From a virus, in IMG/VR virus record IMGVR_UViG_3300013947_000013, positions 1 through 36,337 of that record: a DNA stretch of 36,337 nucleotides; one strand, written 5' to 3'. Shown one piece after another: positions 24,306 through 34,700 of the stretch (positions within the stretch are counted from its first letter, which is position 1; each line of letters starts with the position of its first letter). The notes under the pieces were generated by a model. It was not told where the DNA came from. It saw only the letters and a program-made list of their open reading frames with translations, and did no database searches. The position numbers were made by a program, and so were the translations under genes.

Positions 24306-26012
24306 ATGGATTTAAATGAATTAAAAGAAACTGATATATGGGAATTATATGAAAAAGGTAGAAACTATAATCGACTAAAGAATCTATATTCAGATACTGA
24401 TAAGAATTATAGAATGTACAATGGCAATCAGTGGGCTGGATTAAAGATTAGTGGAATAGAGCCTATCCAGTTAAATATAATTAAACCTATAGTTAAATAT
24501 AAAATATGTGTTATAAACGAGAATGAGTTTATGGCTGTATATAGTGCAGAAAACTTTGAGAATAAAGAGTTTAAAGAAGTGGCAAATAAAACTTGCGAAC
24601 TTCTTAATAAATTAGCTGCTAAAACATGGGAAAAAAACAATATGGACTATAAGACCAGAGCCATAAGTAAACATTCTGCTATTAATGATGAATGTCCTAT
24701 TTATGTAGATTATGATGAAGAAACAAATTTGCCAATAGTTGAAATATTGTCAAAAAACGATGTGTATTATGGCAATGAAAATGATTCGGACATACAAAAC
24801 CAACCATATATTTTAATCAAACATAGAAAACCAGTTATTAATACTATTGAAATGGCTAAATTATCAAAAATATCAGAGGACAAATTAAAGTATATAGTTG
24901 GTGATAATGATACTTTTGAAGAGGCTGGAGAAGATTCTAGAGAAGAAAAAGATGATATGGTGACTATCATCACTAAGCTATATAAAGAAAATGGTACAGT
25001 CCATTTTAGTCAAGCAACAAGATATTGTGATATTAGAGAAGACAAGGACACTGGACTAACCCTTTATCCGTTAGAGCATATGCTTTGGGAAGAAAAAGAG
25101 GGATATGCTAGAGGAGAAGGTGAGGTTAGATATTTAATACCTAATCAGTTAGAGATTAACAAAACCATAATGAGAAGATTAATATCTGCCAAAACTACTG
25201 CTTATCCACAAAAGATTGTTGATGTATCTAAAGTTCAAAACCCTAATGCAATAGACAAAGTCGGAGGCACTATTAAAGTTAATGGCCAAACTGTAGATGA
25301 TGTTAAAAAAGCAATTGGAGTTCTTCAACCAGCACAGATGAGTGCAGATGTCGAAAAGGTAATGAATGAGTTAATATCTACTACTAGAGAATTAGCAGGT
25401 GCGGGTGATATCGCTACTGGTGATGTTAATCCAGAAAGTGCAAGTGGCAAAGCAATACTTGCAGTTCAAAGAGCCTCACAAATGCCTGTAACCGAACAAA
25501 CAATATCACTAAAAGCAACTTTAGAAGGATTGGCAAGAATATGGTTAGATATGTGGAAAACATATGCTACAGATGGTTTAGTAATAGACTATGAAGAATC
25601 TAATCCAACTACTGGGGAAGTAAGTTCTAGACCGGTTAAGGTACCTTATAGTGTATTGCAAGAACTACAAGCAAATGTAAAGATAGATATTACACCTAAG
25701 AGTCCTTATGATAAATATGCACAAGAGTTATCGTTAGAAAATATGTTAAAGGCAGGATACTTTACTGCTGAAAAACTAGCAGAACTAGAAGTATATGTAA
25801 GTTTATTAGATGATGACAGTTCGATGCCTAAATCTAAGTTAGAAGAAGCAATAAAGAAAATGAAAGAATCTCAGCAAAGAATAGCAGACATTCAGACACA
25901 GGCTCAACAATTAAAAATGCAAGCCAATAACTTTATTGCTAATCAGCAAGATATAACAGGTATAGGGCAATATGGAAATCAATTAATTAATCAAGCAATG
26001 GCTACTAGATAG
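24306..26012 (+). CDS. Portal (head-tail connector) protein
   Basis: SD AGGAGGTG. 568 aa. Lies after the terminase and before the scaffold. Confidence 0.8.
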   Translation: MDLNELKETDIWELYEKGRNYNRLKNLYSDTDKNYRMYNGNQWAGLKISGIEPIQLNIIKPIVKYKICVINENEFMAVYSAENFENKEFKEVANKTCELLNKLAAKTWEKNNMDYKTRAISKHSAINDECPIYVDYDEETNLPIVEILSKNDVYYGNENDSDIQNQPYILIKHRKPVINTIEMAKLSKISEDKLKYIVGDNDTFEEAGEDSREEKDDMVTIITKLYKENGTVHFSQATRYCDIREDKDTGLTLYPLEHMLWEEKEGYARGEGEVRYLIPNQLEINKTIMRRLISAKTTAYPQKIVDVSKVQNPNAIDKVGGTIKVNGQTVDDVKKAIGVLQPAQMSADVEKVMNELISTTRELAGAGDIATGDVNPESASGKAILAVQRASQMPVTEQTISLKATLEGLARIWLDMWKTYATDGLVIDYEESNPTTGEVSSRPVKVPYSVLQELQANVKIDITPKSPYDKYAQELSLENMLKAGYFTAEKLAELEVYVSLLDDDSSMPKSKLEEAIKKMKESQQRIADIQTQAQQLKMQANNFIANQQDITGIGQYGNQLINQAMATR

Positions 26013-26102
26013 TTATTGCTTTTTAATAGTCCAAGCATTGTAAGACTTTAAAAGAAGATGGAATAGTGAAGTCAAACACTTAAAAAAATAGGAGGAAAGA
26101 AA

Positions 26103-26966
26103 ATGAACGAAGAATATGATGTTCAAACACCTGTTACAGATGTAACTGAAAATACTGAAGCTCAATCAGTAGAAGAAAATGAGGAAGGTATAGAATTAAC
26201 TGATACCACTTCTCAAAAGGAAGAAAAACAAGAAGTTAAAACTTATACTGCAGAAGAAGTAGAAAAGATGGTTAATGATAGATTAAATACTTTACTTCCA
26301 AAGAAAATCGAAAGAGAAAAAAGGAAGATGGAAAAGCAATATTCTGATAAATTAGCCAAGTATGAAGAAACTGACAGTATATTAAAGGCAGGCCTTGGAA
26401 CTAAAGATATCTCTGAATCTAATCAAAGAATGAGAGAATTCTATAAAGAACAAGGAATTGATATACCTGCTTATTCAAAACCTAAATATTCTGAAGAAGA
26501 TGAAAAGATTTTAGGCAAAGCAGAGGCTACTAAAATCATTGATTTAGGATTTGAAGAAATGCAAGAAGAGGCAAATAGACTAGCCACTATTGGTGTTGAT
26601 AAAATGACACCTAGAGAGAAAGTTATATTTAATACTCTTGCAGATGAACTAACTCATCAAAAACAAGTTAAAGAGTTAGCAGAATTGGGTGTAAAAGATG
26701 ATGTGTTAAAAGATGATAATTTTAAATCTTTTGCTAGTCAATTTAATTCAAATACACCTATTAAAACAGTATATGAAATGTATACAAAAATAAATCAACC
26801 TGTTAAGCCAACGGTTGAAAAGATAGGAAGTATGAAGTCAATGGCTCAAGATAAGGTTAAGGATTATTATACAGAAGATGAAATAAGAAAATTAACTGAT
26901 GAAGAACTTGACAATCCTAAAATATGGGAAGCAGTTCGTAGATCTATGACTATGACTCAAAAATAA
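26103..26966 (+). CDS. Scaffolding protein
   Basis: SD AGGAGG. Acidic, helical, E/K-rich. Lies between portal and capsid. Confidence 0.65.
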   Translation: MNEEYDVQTPVTDVTENTEAQSVEENEEGIELTDTTSQKEEKQEVKTYTAEEVEKMVNDRLNTLLPKKIEREKRKMEKQYSDKLAKYEETDSILKAGLGTKDISESNQRMREFYKEQGIDIPAYSKPKYSEEDEKILGKAEATKIIDLGFEEMQEEANRLATIGVDKMTPREKVIFNTLADELTHQKQVKELAELGVKDDVLKDDNFKSFASQFNSNTPIKTVYEMYTKINQPVKPTVEKIGSMKSMAQDKVKDYYTEDEIRKLTDEELDNPKIWEAVRRSMTMTQK

Positions 26967-26996
26967 TTTCTATCTATATAGAAAGGATGTGTTAAA

Positions 26997-27854
26997 ATGG
27001 CTGTAACTAATTTCCAACAAACGATTTGGAGTAAATCGATTTTAAAAGCATTGGATACCATTACATCTCTAAGAAACCATTGTGATTTCAAATATGAAAA
27101 GGATAGCAAGAATGCTAAAGAAGTAAAGATTTTAAGTGTTTCTAGACCTACTATAAAGAATTATGTTAAAGGTACAGAAATAGAACTTGAAGGTTTAACT
27201 GATTCTAGTCAACTATTGCAACTTAATCAATACAGATACTTTAATTTTGAGGTTGAAGATATTGATAAAGCACAATCAGTTCCTGGTTTAATGGAAGAAG
27301 CTTCAAGACAATCTGCTATCGGATTAAAAGAAGAAGGAGATAAATATGTTGCTTCTATTGTAAAAACTGCAACAGAGGCTACATCAGATGCTTTAGCACA
27401 AAGTTCATCAGTTATTGCATTAACTGCAAGTAATGCTATGGCTAGTGTCGAAGCAGGATTTACTAAATTATATGAGAATAATGTTCCAGTATCAGAATCA
27501 TTATATCTTGAAGTATCTCCAAAAGTCTTTACTACTTATAGACAATCTTTAACCGAACTATCTACAAATAATCCTGAAATAATCAAGAAAGGTGCTGTTG
27601 GTAAGATTAACAATGCTTTTGTTTGCATTGAAAATCTATTACCTACTGGTAAAAAGGCTGCTGCTTCTACTACTGATGATGTAACTTATAACATCTTAAG
27701 AACAGGAAAAGCTATTGCTTTCGCTGAACAAATTGAAAAGGTAGAAGCATATAGACCAGAAAAAGCTTTCCAAGATGCATTAAAAGGATTATATGTATTC
27801 GGTGCTAAAATTGTTAACCCTAAAGAAATCTATATAATGAAAACTGAGATGTAA
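26997..27854 (+). CDS. Major capsid protein
   Basis: 285 aa. Assigned by position after the scaffold, by being followed by a terminator, and by composition typical of small HK97-fold coat proteins. Confidence 0.75.
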   Translation: MAVTNFQQTIWSKSILKALDTITSLRNHCDFKYEKDSKNAKEVKILSVSRPTIKNYVKGTEIELEGLTDSSQLLQLNQYRYFNFEVEDIDKAQSVPGLMEEASRQSAIGLKEEGDKYVASIVKTATEATSDALAQSSSVIALTASNAMASVEAGFTKLYENNVPVSESLYLEVSPKVFTTYRQSLTELSTNNPEIIKKGAVGKINNAFVCIENLLPTGKKAAASTTDDVTYNILRTGKAIAFAEQIEKVEAYRPEKAFQDALKGLYVFGAKIVNPKEIYIMKTEM

Positions 27855-27857
27855 AAT

Positions 27858-27880
27858 AAGAGGAGCAATCCTCTTTTTAT
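27858..27880 (+). terminator. Short intrinsic terminator or attenuator after the capsid gene
   Basis: AGAGGA-GCAA-TCCTCT stem-loop followed by TTTTTATT. Confidence 0.45.
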
Positions 27881-27955
27881 TGCCATATGGTGAAGTGGTA
27901 ACACATTGCACTTTGACTGCAACATTCCCTAGTTCGAATCTAGGTATGGCAACCA
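27881..27955 (+). tRNA. tRNA-Gln (anticodon UUG), 75 nt with encoded CCA
   Basis: Acceptor TGCCATA / TATGGCA (U1:A72). D-arm GTG-AAGTGGTAA-CAC. Anticodon arm TTGCA-CTTTGAC-TGCAA. Variable loop CATTC. T-arm CCTAG-TTCGAAT-CTAGG. Then A-CCA. Confidence 0.9.
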
Positions 27956-27971
27956 ATTAGGAGGAAAAATA

Positions 27972-28325
27972 ATGAACAACGAATTATTTACAATAAAACC
28001 AAGTTTAAGACAATATTACGGAAGAACTATAACTAAGGAAACTGAGTTCGATGAATATACAGATGATAAAACAGTGCATCAAACTTTAAAAGATTTAATA
28101 TTAACCACTGAGATTAATAAAGAAAATGAATATGATGGAATAAAGAGTATAGAGTATAGTAAATTAACTCAAATAATACCAGAAGAAACGATTTTAATTT
28201 GGAGTGAGACAGATGGTTATATTATTCCCAATGTACCTGTTTATAAACTAAAGGACTTGGAAAAAGAAATTAAAGAAATTAAAGAAATATACAAAGATAA
28301 TACAGATATTAATCCAAAAGGATAG
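27972..28325 (+). CDS. Hypothetical virion/head-completion protein
   Basis: SD AGGAGG. 117 aa. Assigned by position only. Confidence 0.45.
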   Translation: MNNELFTIKPSLRQYYGRTITKETEFDEYTDDKTVHQTLKDLILTTEINKENEYDGIKSIEYSKLTQIIPEETILIWSETDGYIIPNVPVYKLKDLEKEIKEIKEIYKDNTDINPKG

Positions 28326-28333
28326 GTGATAGT

Positions 28334-28888
28334 ATGACATTACTAGAAATGAAGAAAAAAGTATTGAGACTGATTGAGGAAATAAATGATAAAAGTGCCT
28401 TATTAACTGATGATCCTGACATAGCAAACAAAATAAATGATGTTATAAATCAGATTCAAAATGAACTTGCCAGAATAAAAAAAATACCTGCTAAAGAAGA
28501 ATTAGAAGTAACTAAAGGTGATGAGATTGACTTTTCTGAGATAGCAAAGGATTTATTTCAAATTAACATTGTTAGGGGAGTTGAAAATGATATTATAGGT
28601 AATACTATTAATTTCTATGGTGATGGTATTGCTAAAATATATTATTACAAGTATCCTAAACAAATAACTGCTGATACAAAAGATAGTGAGTTTACTTTTG
28701 ATTTATCAACAGATGTACTTGAAATAATGCCTTATGGTGTGGCTGGTGATTTACTTAAATCTGATATATCAGCTAGTTATGGACAAGTTTATTCAAATAG
28801 GTATGAACAAATGTTACAAAGATTAGATCCAAGATTTCATACTGGTAGTATTTATCTAGAAGGAGATGGTACTTATGAGTTCTTATAG
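28334..28888 (+). CDS. Putative head-tail adaptor
   Basis: 184 aa. Occupies the position of the adaptor in a T7-like gene order. Confidence 0.35.
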   Translation: MTLLEMKKKVLRLIEEINDKSALLTDDPDIANKINDVINQIQNELARIKKIPAKEELEVTKGDEIDFSEIAKDLFQINIVRGVENDIIGNTINFYGDGIAKIYYYKYPKQITADTKDSEFTFDLSTDVLEIMPYGVAGDLLKSDISASYGQVYSNRYEQMLQRLDPRFHTGSIYLEGDGTYEFL

Positions 28889-30596
28889 TAGTTCTGGCGG
28901 TGTTCCTAGTGGAGCATTAGTTACTAGAAAAGTAGATAACTTTGCAGGTGTTGATTTCAGTAATAGTGATACTAATTTATCTAGAAGTCCTGATAGCTTA
29001 AATATGTGGAAAAATTACAAAAATAATAGTGCTGGAATAGAAACAAGACCTGATATGGAATTAGTAGAAGAATACAATAATACCATATTAGGTCTCTTTT
29101 TTTATGATATAGGCAATACTACTCATAAAATAGTCCATTCAGGAACTAAACTTTATGATAATGGTACCGAAATATTTAGTGGTATGAATTTGATTAGAAG
29201 TCAGGCTTTTATATTTAATAATATATTTTATATAAAAGATGGTTTAAATTATCTTGAATACAATGGAACTGAAATAAAAGAAGTAGAAGGCACTATACCA
29301 ACTACTACCATAGGAGATCCTACTGGGGAGGGAACAACATATCAAGATGTAAATTTACTTACTGGACTTAGAAAGAATCTAAGAATAGGTGATGGTGTAA
29401 CGACAAAGTTTAAACTAGATACCGAAAACATAGATAGTGATTATGTGGTAACTGCTAAAGTAACTATAGGACTAGACACACTTACTTATGTTCAAGGCAA
29501 AGACTTAACAGTAAATGTTACAGAAGGAAGTATTACTTTTAATACTGCTCCTGCTAAACCTACTACTGATGGTCAACACAATGTTGAAATATTATTCAGA
29601 AAGACTATTCAAGGATATAGAGATAGAATTAACAAATGTACTATGCTAGCAGTATTTGATAACAGAGTATTTTTTAGTGGAAATCAAGATTATCCTAATG
29701 CTATTTTCCATAGTTCATTGGAAGATCCTAGATATATTAGTGATTTAGATTATTACAACGAGGGAATGGATTTAGCAAAGGTAAAGGCACTGATACCTAG
29801 TAATAATGCTCTATGGGTGTTAAAAGAGCCATCACAAGCAAATACTACAGTCTTTTATCATAATCCAGTTGTTGATAGCACATATGGAAAAATATATCCA
29901 TCAGCACATTCAAGCATAACAACAGGTTGTGTCTCTACTGGAATTAACTTTAATGATGATATAGTTTTCTTTTCTGATAGAGGTATGGAAGCAATTAGTG
30001 GAAATATTACTTCAGAGCAATTACTAGCGCATAGATCTAGTATGGTTGATGGTAAATTATTAAAAGAATCAAATTATAAAAATATGATGTTAGAAGAATG
30101 GGAGGGCTATCTTTTAGTAATTATAGATAACAAAATTTATTTAGCAGATAGTAGACAAAAATATCAAAATATAAATGTTGAATATGAATGGTATTATTGG
30201 GAGTTATCTTGTAATATTACTTGCACTTCAGTTAAAAATGGAGTGCTTTATTTATGTGGTAACAATAAGATTTATAAGTTAACCAAAACTAATGGTGAAA
30301 TAAGTTCTTATTGGACTACTAAGCATGATGATTTCAAATACTCAGAATATCAAAAGACAACTAATAAAAGGGGCGGTACTGCTGAAGTAAAAGGTGAAAA
30401 CATAAAAATAGAAGTTAAAACAGATAATAACGACTTTGAAGAGGTTAATACTTATGACAATGTTAAGGGATACATAGTTTATAGAATTAAAAAGAAAAAA
30501 TGGAAACGATTACAAATGAAATTTAGTTCTACTAAACCATTTGGTTTAAATAATTATACATTAGAATCATTTGTAGGCGGATATGTAAAGAGGTGA
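28875..30596 (+). CDS. Putative tail tubular / nozzle protein with beta-propeller-like repeats
   Basis: SD GGAGATGG before ATG 28875 (the track start is 28866). Recurrent blade-like segments: NIFYIKDG, NRVFFSGN, ALWVLKE, DIVFFSDRG, NKIYLAD, GVLYLCGNNKIYKL. Confidence 0.4.
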   Translation: MSSYSSSGGVPSGALVTRKVDNFAGVDFSNSDTNLSRSPDSLNMWKNYKNNSAGIETRPDMELVEEYNNTILGLFFYDIGNTTHKIVHSGTKLYDNGTEIFSGMNLIRSQAFIFNNIFYIKDGLNYLEYNGTEIKEVEGTIPTTTIGDPTGEGTTYQDVNLLTGLRKNLRIGDGVTTKFKLDTENIDSDYVVTAKVTIGLDTLTYVQGKDLTVNVTEGSITFNTAPAKPTTDGQHNVEILFRKTIQGYRDRINKCTMLAVFDNRVFFSGNQDYPNAIFHSSLEDPRYISDLDYYNEGMDLAKVKALIPSNNALWVLKEPSQANTTVFYHNPVVDSTYGKIYPSAHSSITTGCVSTGINFNDDIVFFSDRGMEAISGNITSEQLLAHRSSMVDGKLLKESNYKNMMLEEWEGYLLVIIDNKIYLADSRQKYQNINVEYEWYYWELSCNITCTSVKNGVLYLCGNNKIYKLTKTNGEISSYWTTKHDDFKYSEYQKTTNKRGGTAEVKGENIKIEVKTDNNDFEEVNTYDNVKGYIVYRIKKKKWKRLQMKFSSTKPFGLNNYTLESFVGGYVKR

Positions 30597-30602
30597 TAAG
30601 AA

Positions 30603-31706
30603 ATGGCAATTTATGATGTTAATTACGATGACAAAAGATTCAAAGATGTCGAAAATGAAAAACAAAGTGAATTAAATAAATATAATGAAACTTATGATAA
30701 TTTAATAAATGAAAGAAATAACTTTACTAAAGAACAACAAGATATGGTTGATAGATGGGAGAACACTCAAAAAGATGTAGCAAATAAAAATCTTGAATAT
30801 CAGAAAGATTTAATCGAACAACAAAGAAAAAAATCTGAACAAGCATATCAAAATGAGGCTAAAGCATCTTATATTGATTATCAAAAAGAAGTTGATAAAT
30901 ATGGTGTTAGTAGAGAAAATGTTGTAAATAATGGATTATCTAATAGTGGTTATGCTGAAAGCTCAAAAGTTGATATGTATAATACTTATCAAAATAGACT
31001 TGGTACTGCAAGAAAGAGTATGCAAGATGCTGGAATAGAGTTTGATAATGCAATTAGACAAGCACAATTATCTAACGATGAAACACTAGCCCAAAATGCT
31101 TTAAAAGCATTACAAGATAAATTAAATATTGCATTAGAAGGATTTAATTATAAATCAGATCAGGAAAATAATAGATTGAATTGGAATAATACGATTAATA
31201 ATAATTATTACAACAGATATAAAGATGTTGAAAGTCAAATTAATTATGAAAATGAAACTGCTGAGAAAATTAGACAATACAATGAGAATATGGCTTATCA
31301 AAAGGAACAACAAAGATTAGAACAACAAAGATGGGAACAACAAATGGCATACCAAAGAGAACAAGATGCTATTGCTAATGCTCAAAAATGGGCTAGTATA
31401 AATGCTAGTTACAGCAGTGGTGGAAGTTCTTTGTCAGATGGTGGAAGCCTTAATGATGGTGGCAATAGTAGTTCTTCTAGTAGTTCGTCATCAAATAACA
31501 ATTTAATAAAGAGTAAATATAATAGTTGTCCAGCATTATCTAGCAAAAAAGCTAATAACTGGTCTAATTCTAATATATTTACTTCTAATACTATAAAAAA
31601 TGGTATTTCTGAATCTGAATTAGAAAGAAAAATATCTGCAGGTTTAAAAAATAAATCTATTACTAAAAAAGATGCAGATAAAATATTAACTTGGTTTGGC
31701 CTATAA
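30603..31706 (+). CDS. Coiled-coil, Q/N-rich putative internal virion protein with a Ser-rich tract
   Basis: 367 aa with long heptad-like Q/E/K-rich regions and SSGGSSLSDGGSLNDGGNSSSSSSSSS. Lies directly upstream of the giant gene. Confidence 0.4.
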   Translation: MAIYDVNYDDKRFKDVENEKQSELNKYNETYDNLINERNNFTKEQQDMVDRWENTQKDVANKNLEYQKDLIEQQRKKSEQAYQNEAKASYIDYQKEVDKYGVSRENVVNNGLSNSGYAESSKVDMYNTYQNRLGTARKSMQDAGIEFDNAIRQAQLSNDETLAQNALKALQDKLNIALEGFNYKSDQENNRLNWNNTINNNYYNRYKDVESQINYENETAEKIRQYNENMAYQKEQQRLEQQRWEQQMAYQREQDAIANAQKWASINASYSSGGSSLSDGGSLNDGGNSSSSSSSSSNNNLIKSKYNSCPALSSKKANNWSNSNIFTSNTIKNGISESELERKISAGLKNKSITKKDADKILTWFGL

Positions 31707-31718
31707 GGTGGTGATTAT

Positions 31719-34700
31719 ATGAGTAGTATTCGAGAGAGATTACTTGGGAAATCAAAAAGAAATTCTAGTATAAGAGATAGACTAGAATTGAATAGTTCAT
31801 ATTATAAACAAGAATATAATGATCAATTATCAAAAAGAAATAATATTCAAAAAGATATACAAAAAAACACTTATGAAAAGGGAGTTCAAACTACAGTAAC
31901 TCCTTTTTCAACACAAAGAAATATTTTACCTATTCAAGAACAGACTGAAATTACTAAAAACAAAAGATTTGAAGTAACTGCTGGTCAAGATAAATTGGGG
32001 CAAAATAAAAGCATAGAAAATAAGTATCAAGAAATAAAAAAATCAAATGAATATAAAAATCAGATGAAACAATTAGAAGAGCAATCAAATGAAGTTGGTT
32101 ATGCTAAATATAATTACGATAAACAAAGAATTGCAGAAGATGATATTGGCTGGTATGATAAATCTATAGGAAGACTTACAGGCGGTATAGGAAGCCTTTT
32201 TGATTATAATGGTGGATTAATAAAAAATGAAAATGGTGACTTAGAATATTTACCTACATTTAATCAAATGAAACACCAAAAAGTTAAAGAAAATTATAAA
32301 ACTGGTATAGGTAGATTTGTTGGTGATGTTTTATATGAAAGTGGTAAAATAGCGGGATCAACATTGATTAATCAAGCTTTACCTGGTGTTGGTTCTACTA
32401 TGTATTTTGGAAAAATGTTTGTGGATAGTACCAATCAAGCGGTTTCAGATGGTTATGATACTAGTAGTGCTACAATGTATGGTTTGGTTAATGTTGGACT
32501 TGAATATGGTGTTGGTAAGATGCTCGGTAGTGCAACTAAAGGATTGACTGGAGGCAAGACTAGTGAATATGAAAAATTACTAAAAGAAACATTTACTAAT
32601 ATAACAAAGAAGCCTAAAATTGCAAATATTTTAGCAAATGCAGGCAGTGAGGCTACTGAAGAATTTGTTCAAGAATATTTAGATAATATTAGTAAATTGC
32701 TTATTTTAGATAAAAATACTAATATTAAAGATTATGCTTCTGTTTTCTTAGATGGTGGTGTACTTTCTGATGCTTTATATTCTGCTGCTATAGGTGGTGT
32801 TACAGGTGGAATTATAGGTACTGCTACTGGCAAAGATACAAATGTAGAGAATAAAGATGTAAATCTATATAAAACATTTAAAGAAGAGTTAGAAGAAACA
32901 AAGAAAAATACTACAAACAAAGAAACCATTAATAAAATAGACACAATTATTTCTAATATTAATAGTAATATTAATAATAATTCAAATGTTAATACTAATG
33001 TAGATACGATAACTTCACAAATTAGTGAATATGAAACATTAAAAGAACAAAATAAATTGACTAATGAACAAGAAATAGAATTGAACGAACTTAAGAATCA
33101 ATTAAGTGCTATTCAAAATCAAAATACTGACACAAGTACTTCCATAAAAGAAGAGGCAAACTTACCAACAGTACAAGATATAGTTAATCAAGAAAAATCA
33201 AGACAAAGTGGCCTTAATTTGCCAGTATATAATCAACAAAGTAATGTTAATAACTCTGATAAGGTTATTTTGCCAACTGTGAACGATTTTAATAGTTCTA
33301 GTATAAATATACCTACTAGTGATATAAAGGTTGATATGGCTAAAATAAACCCTGAAATATTAAATGATATTAAAGGATTTAAATTAGGAGATCCTAGTAT
33401 TGAAAGTTATAAAGGTAGTTACATTAAAACAATGTTAAATGAAGTTGGTATAAAAGTGCCTACTGCTATGAATTATGTAAGTGAAGTAAGACCAGACATG
33501 AGTTTTACTACAACTAAAGATTTAACTAGACAACAATATGCTTCAATTGGAAATGCTCTTCAAAAACTAAGAAGTGTAGATGTGACTAGTGTTAATAATG
33601 CTAATTATAGTATTCCAATAGGCAATTATCAATATGTTAAAAGCTCTAATGCAAATATAAATGAATTAAGAAGAACTGCAAGTATGTATTTAAACAATAC
33701 TGCTAGATCGAACAATACTATTAAGTTGCTAGAGAATATAATAAAAGATAGGAATTATATAATAAGATTCAATCCTAATATAACTAATGAACAAGGTGTA
33801 CCTGTTAATGGATTAATTACAAAAGAAAATGGTAAAACTATAATTGAATTAAATCCTAATGCTGATAATTATGTTGAATTTTTGGTTGTTCATGAAATAA
33901 CTCATGACATAGCAACAAAAGAAATGAAGGAATTAATACTTGATTATGCTAAACAAGATCCTGAGTTTGAAAAATCATTAGAATCACTAAAAGAAAGATA
34001 TAAAACTAATGATGTATCAGATGAAGTCGTAGCAGATGTATGCGGTGAATTGTTTGGTAATAGAGAATTTATTCAGTCAGTAGTAGAAAAGAAGCCTAAT
34101 ATATTTAAGAAAATACTAAATAATATTAGAAAATTAGCAGAAAAAATTAAGGGCACTGGTGCTAATGAGTATGTAAGTTTTGTTGAAAAGTTAAAAACTA
34201 TGTGGGAAGATGCTTATTATAGTAATAAGAGTAACCTTAAGAAAACTGAATATATGATGACAGGAATAAAAGGTGCTAGAAATGCTATAAAAAATGATAG
34301 TTATAATCAATTTTTAAATGACAATTATAATAAAGCATTAATATATAAGAAAAATAATATTGAAAATGAGCAAATTCGTAGAAGGACTGGATGGTTTCAA
34401 GACAGCAAAGGTGATTGGAAATTTGAGCTTAGTGATGACGAGGCCAAAATTATTAAGAAATTAGAAAAAAATAATACATATCAATTGAATGAAATATTAA
34501 ACCATAATGATTTATATGAAATGTATCCTAATTTAAAAAATAATAAAGTTAAATTTACTGATTTTGGCATAAGAACTGATGAAGATGGAAAAAAATACAT
34601 AAAAAAAGGTAGAATTAATAATATAACAAATACTATATCATTGAATAATGAATTAATATCTAAGGGAAATGATGCAGTATTAGATACATTAATACACGAG

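Noticed and set aside
1494-24973. Other antisense or alternate-frame track ORFs: 1494..1688-, 2749..2961+, 3613..3900-, 3759..3986-, 3991..4266+, 6940..7140-, 8528..8749-, 8890..9111+, 9620..9817+, 10314..10553+, 16420..16635+, 16603..16785-, 17683..17982-, 19326..19520-, 21294..21512-, 22487..22831-, 24428..24640-, 24767..24973-
   Set aside because: Each is nested in, or antisense to, a longer ORF with better start context and recognisable motifs. They are rich in Leu/Ile/Phe/Ser, as expected from reading AT-rich coding DNA out of frame.
27881-27955. Possibility that the phage tRNA is a nonsense suppressor
   Set aside because: The anticodon loop CTTTGAC gives the anticodon UUG (ordinary Gln), not UUA, CUA or UCA.
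31413-31503. Ser/Gly-rich tract (GGSSLSD GGSLND GGNSSSSSSSSS) considered as a tandem DNA repeat or contingency locus
   Set aside because: It is an imperfect, in-frame, low-complexity coding sequence without exact nucleotide repeat units. It is most simply a flexible linker.
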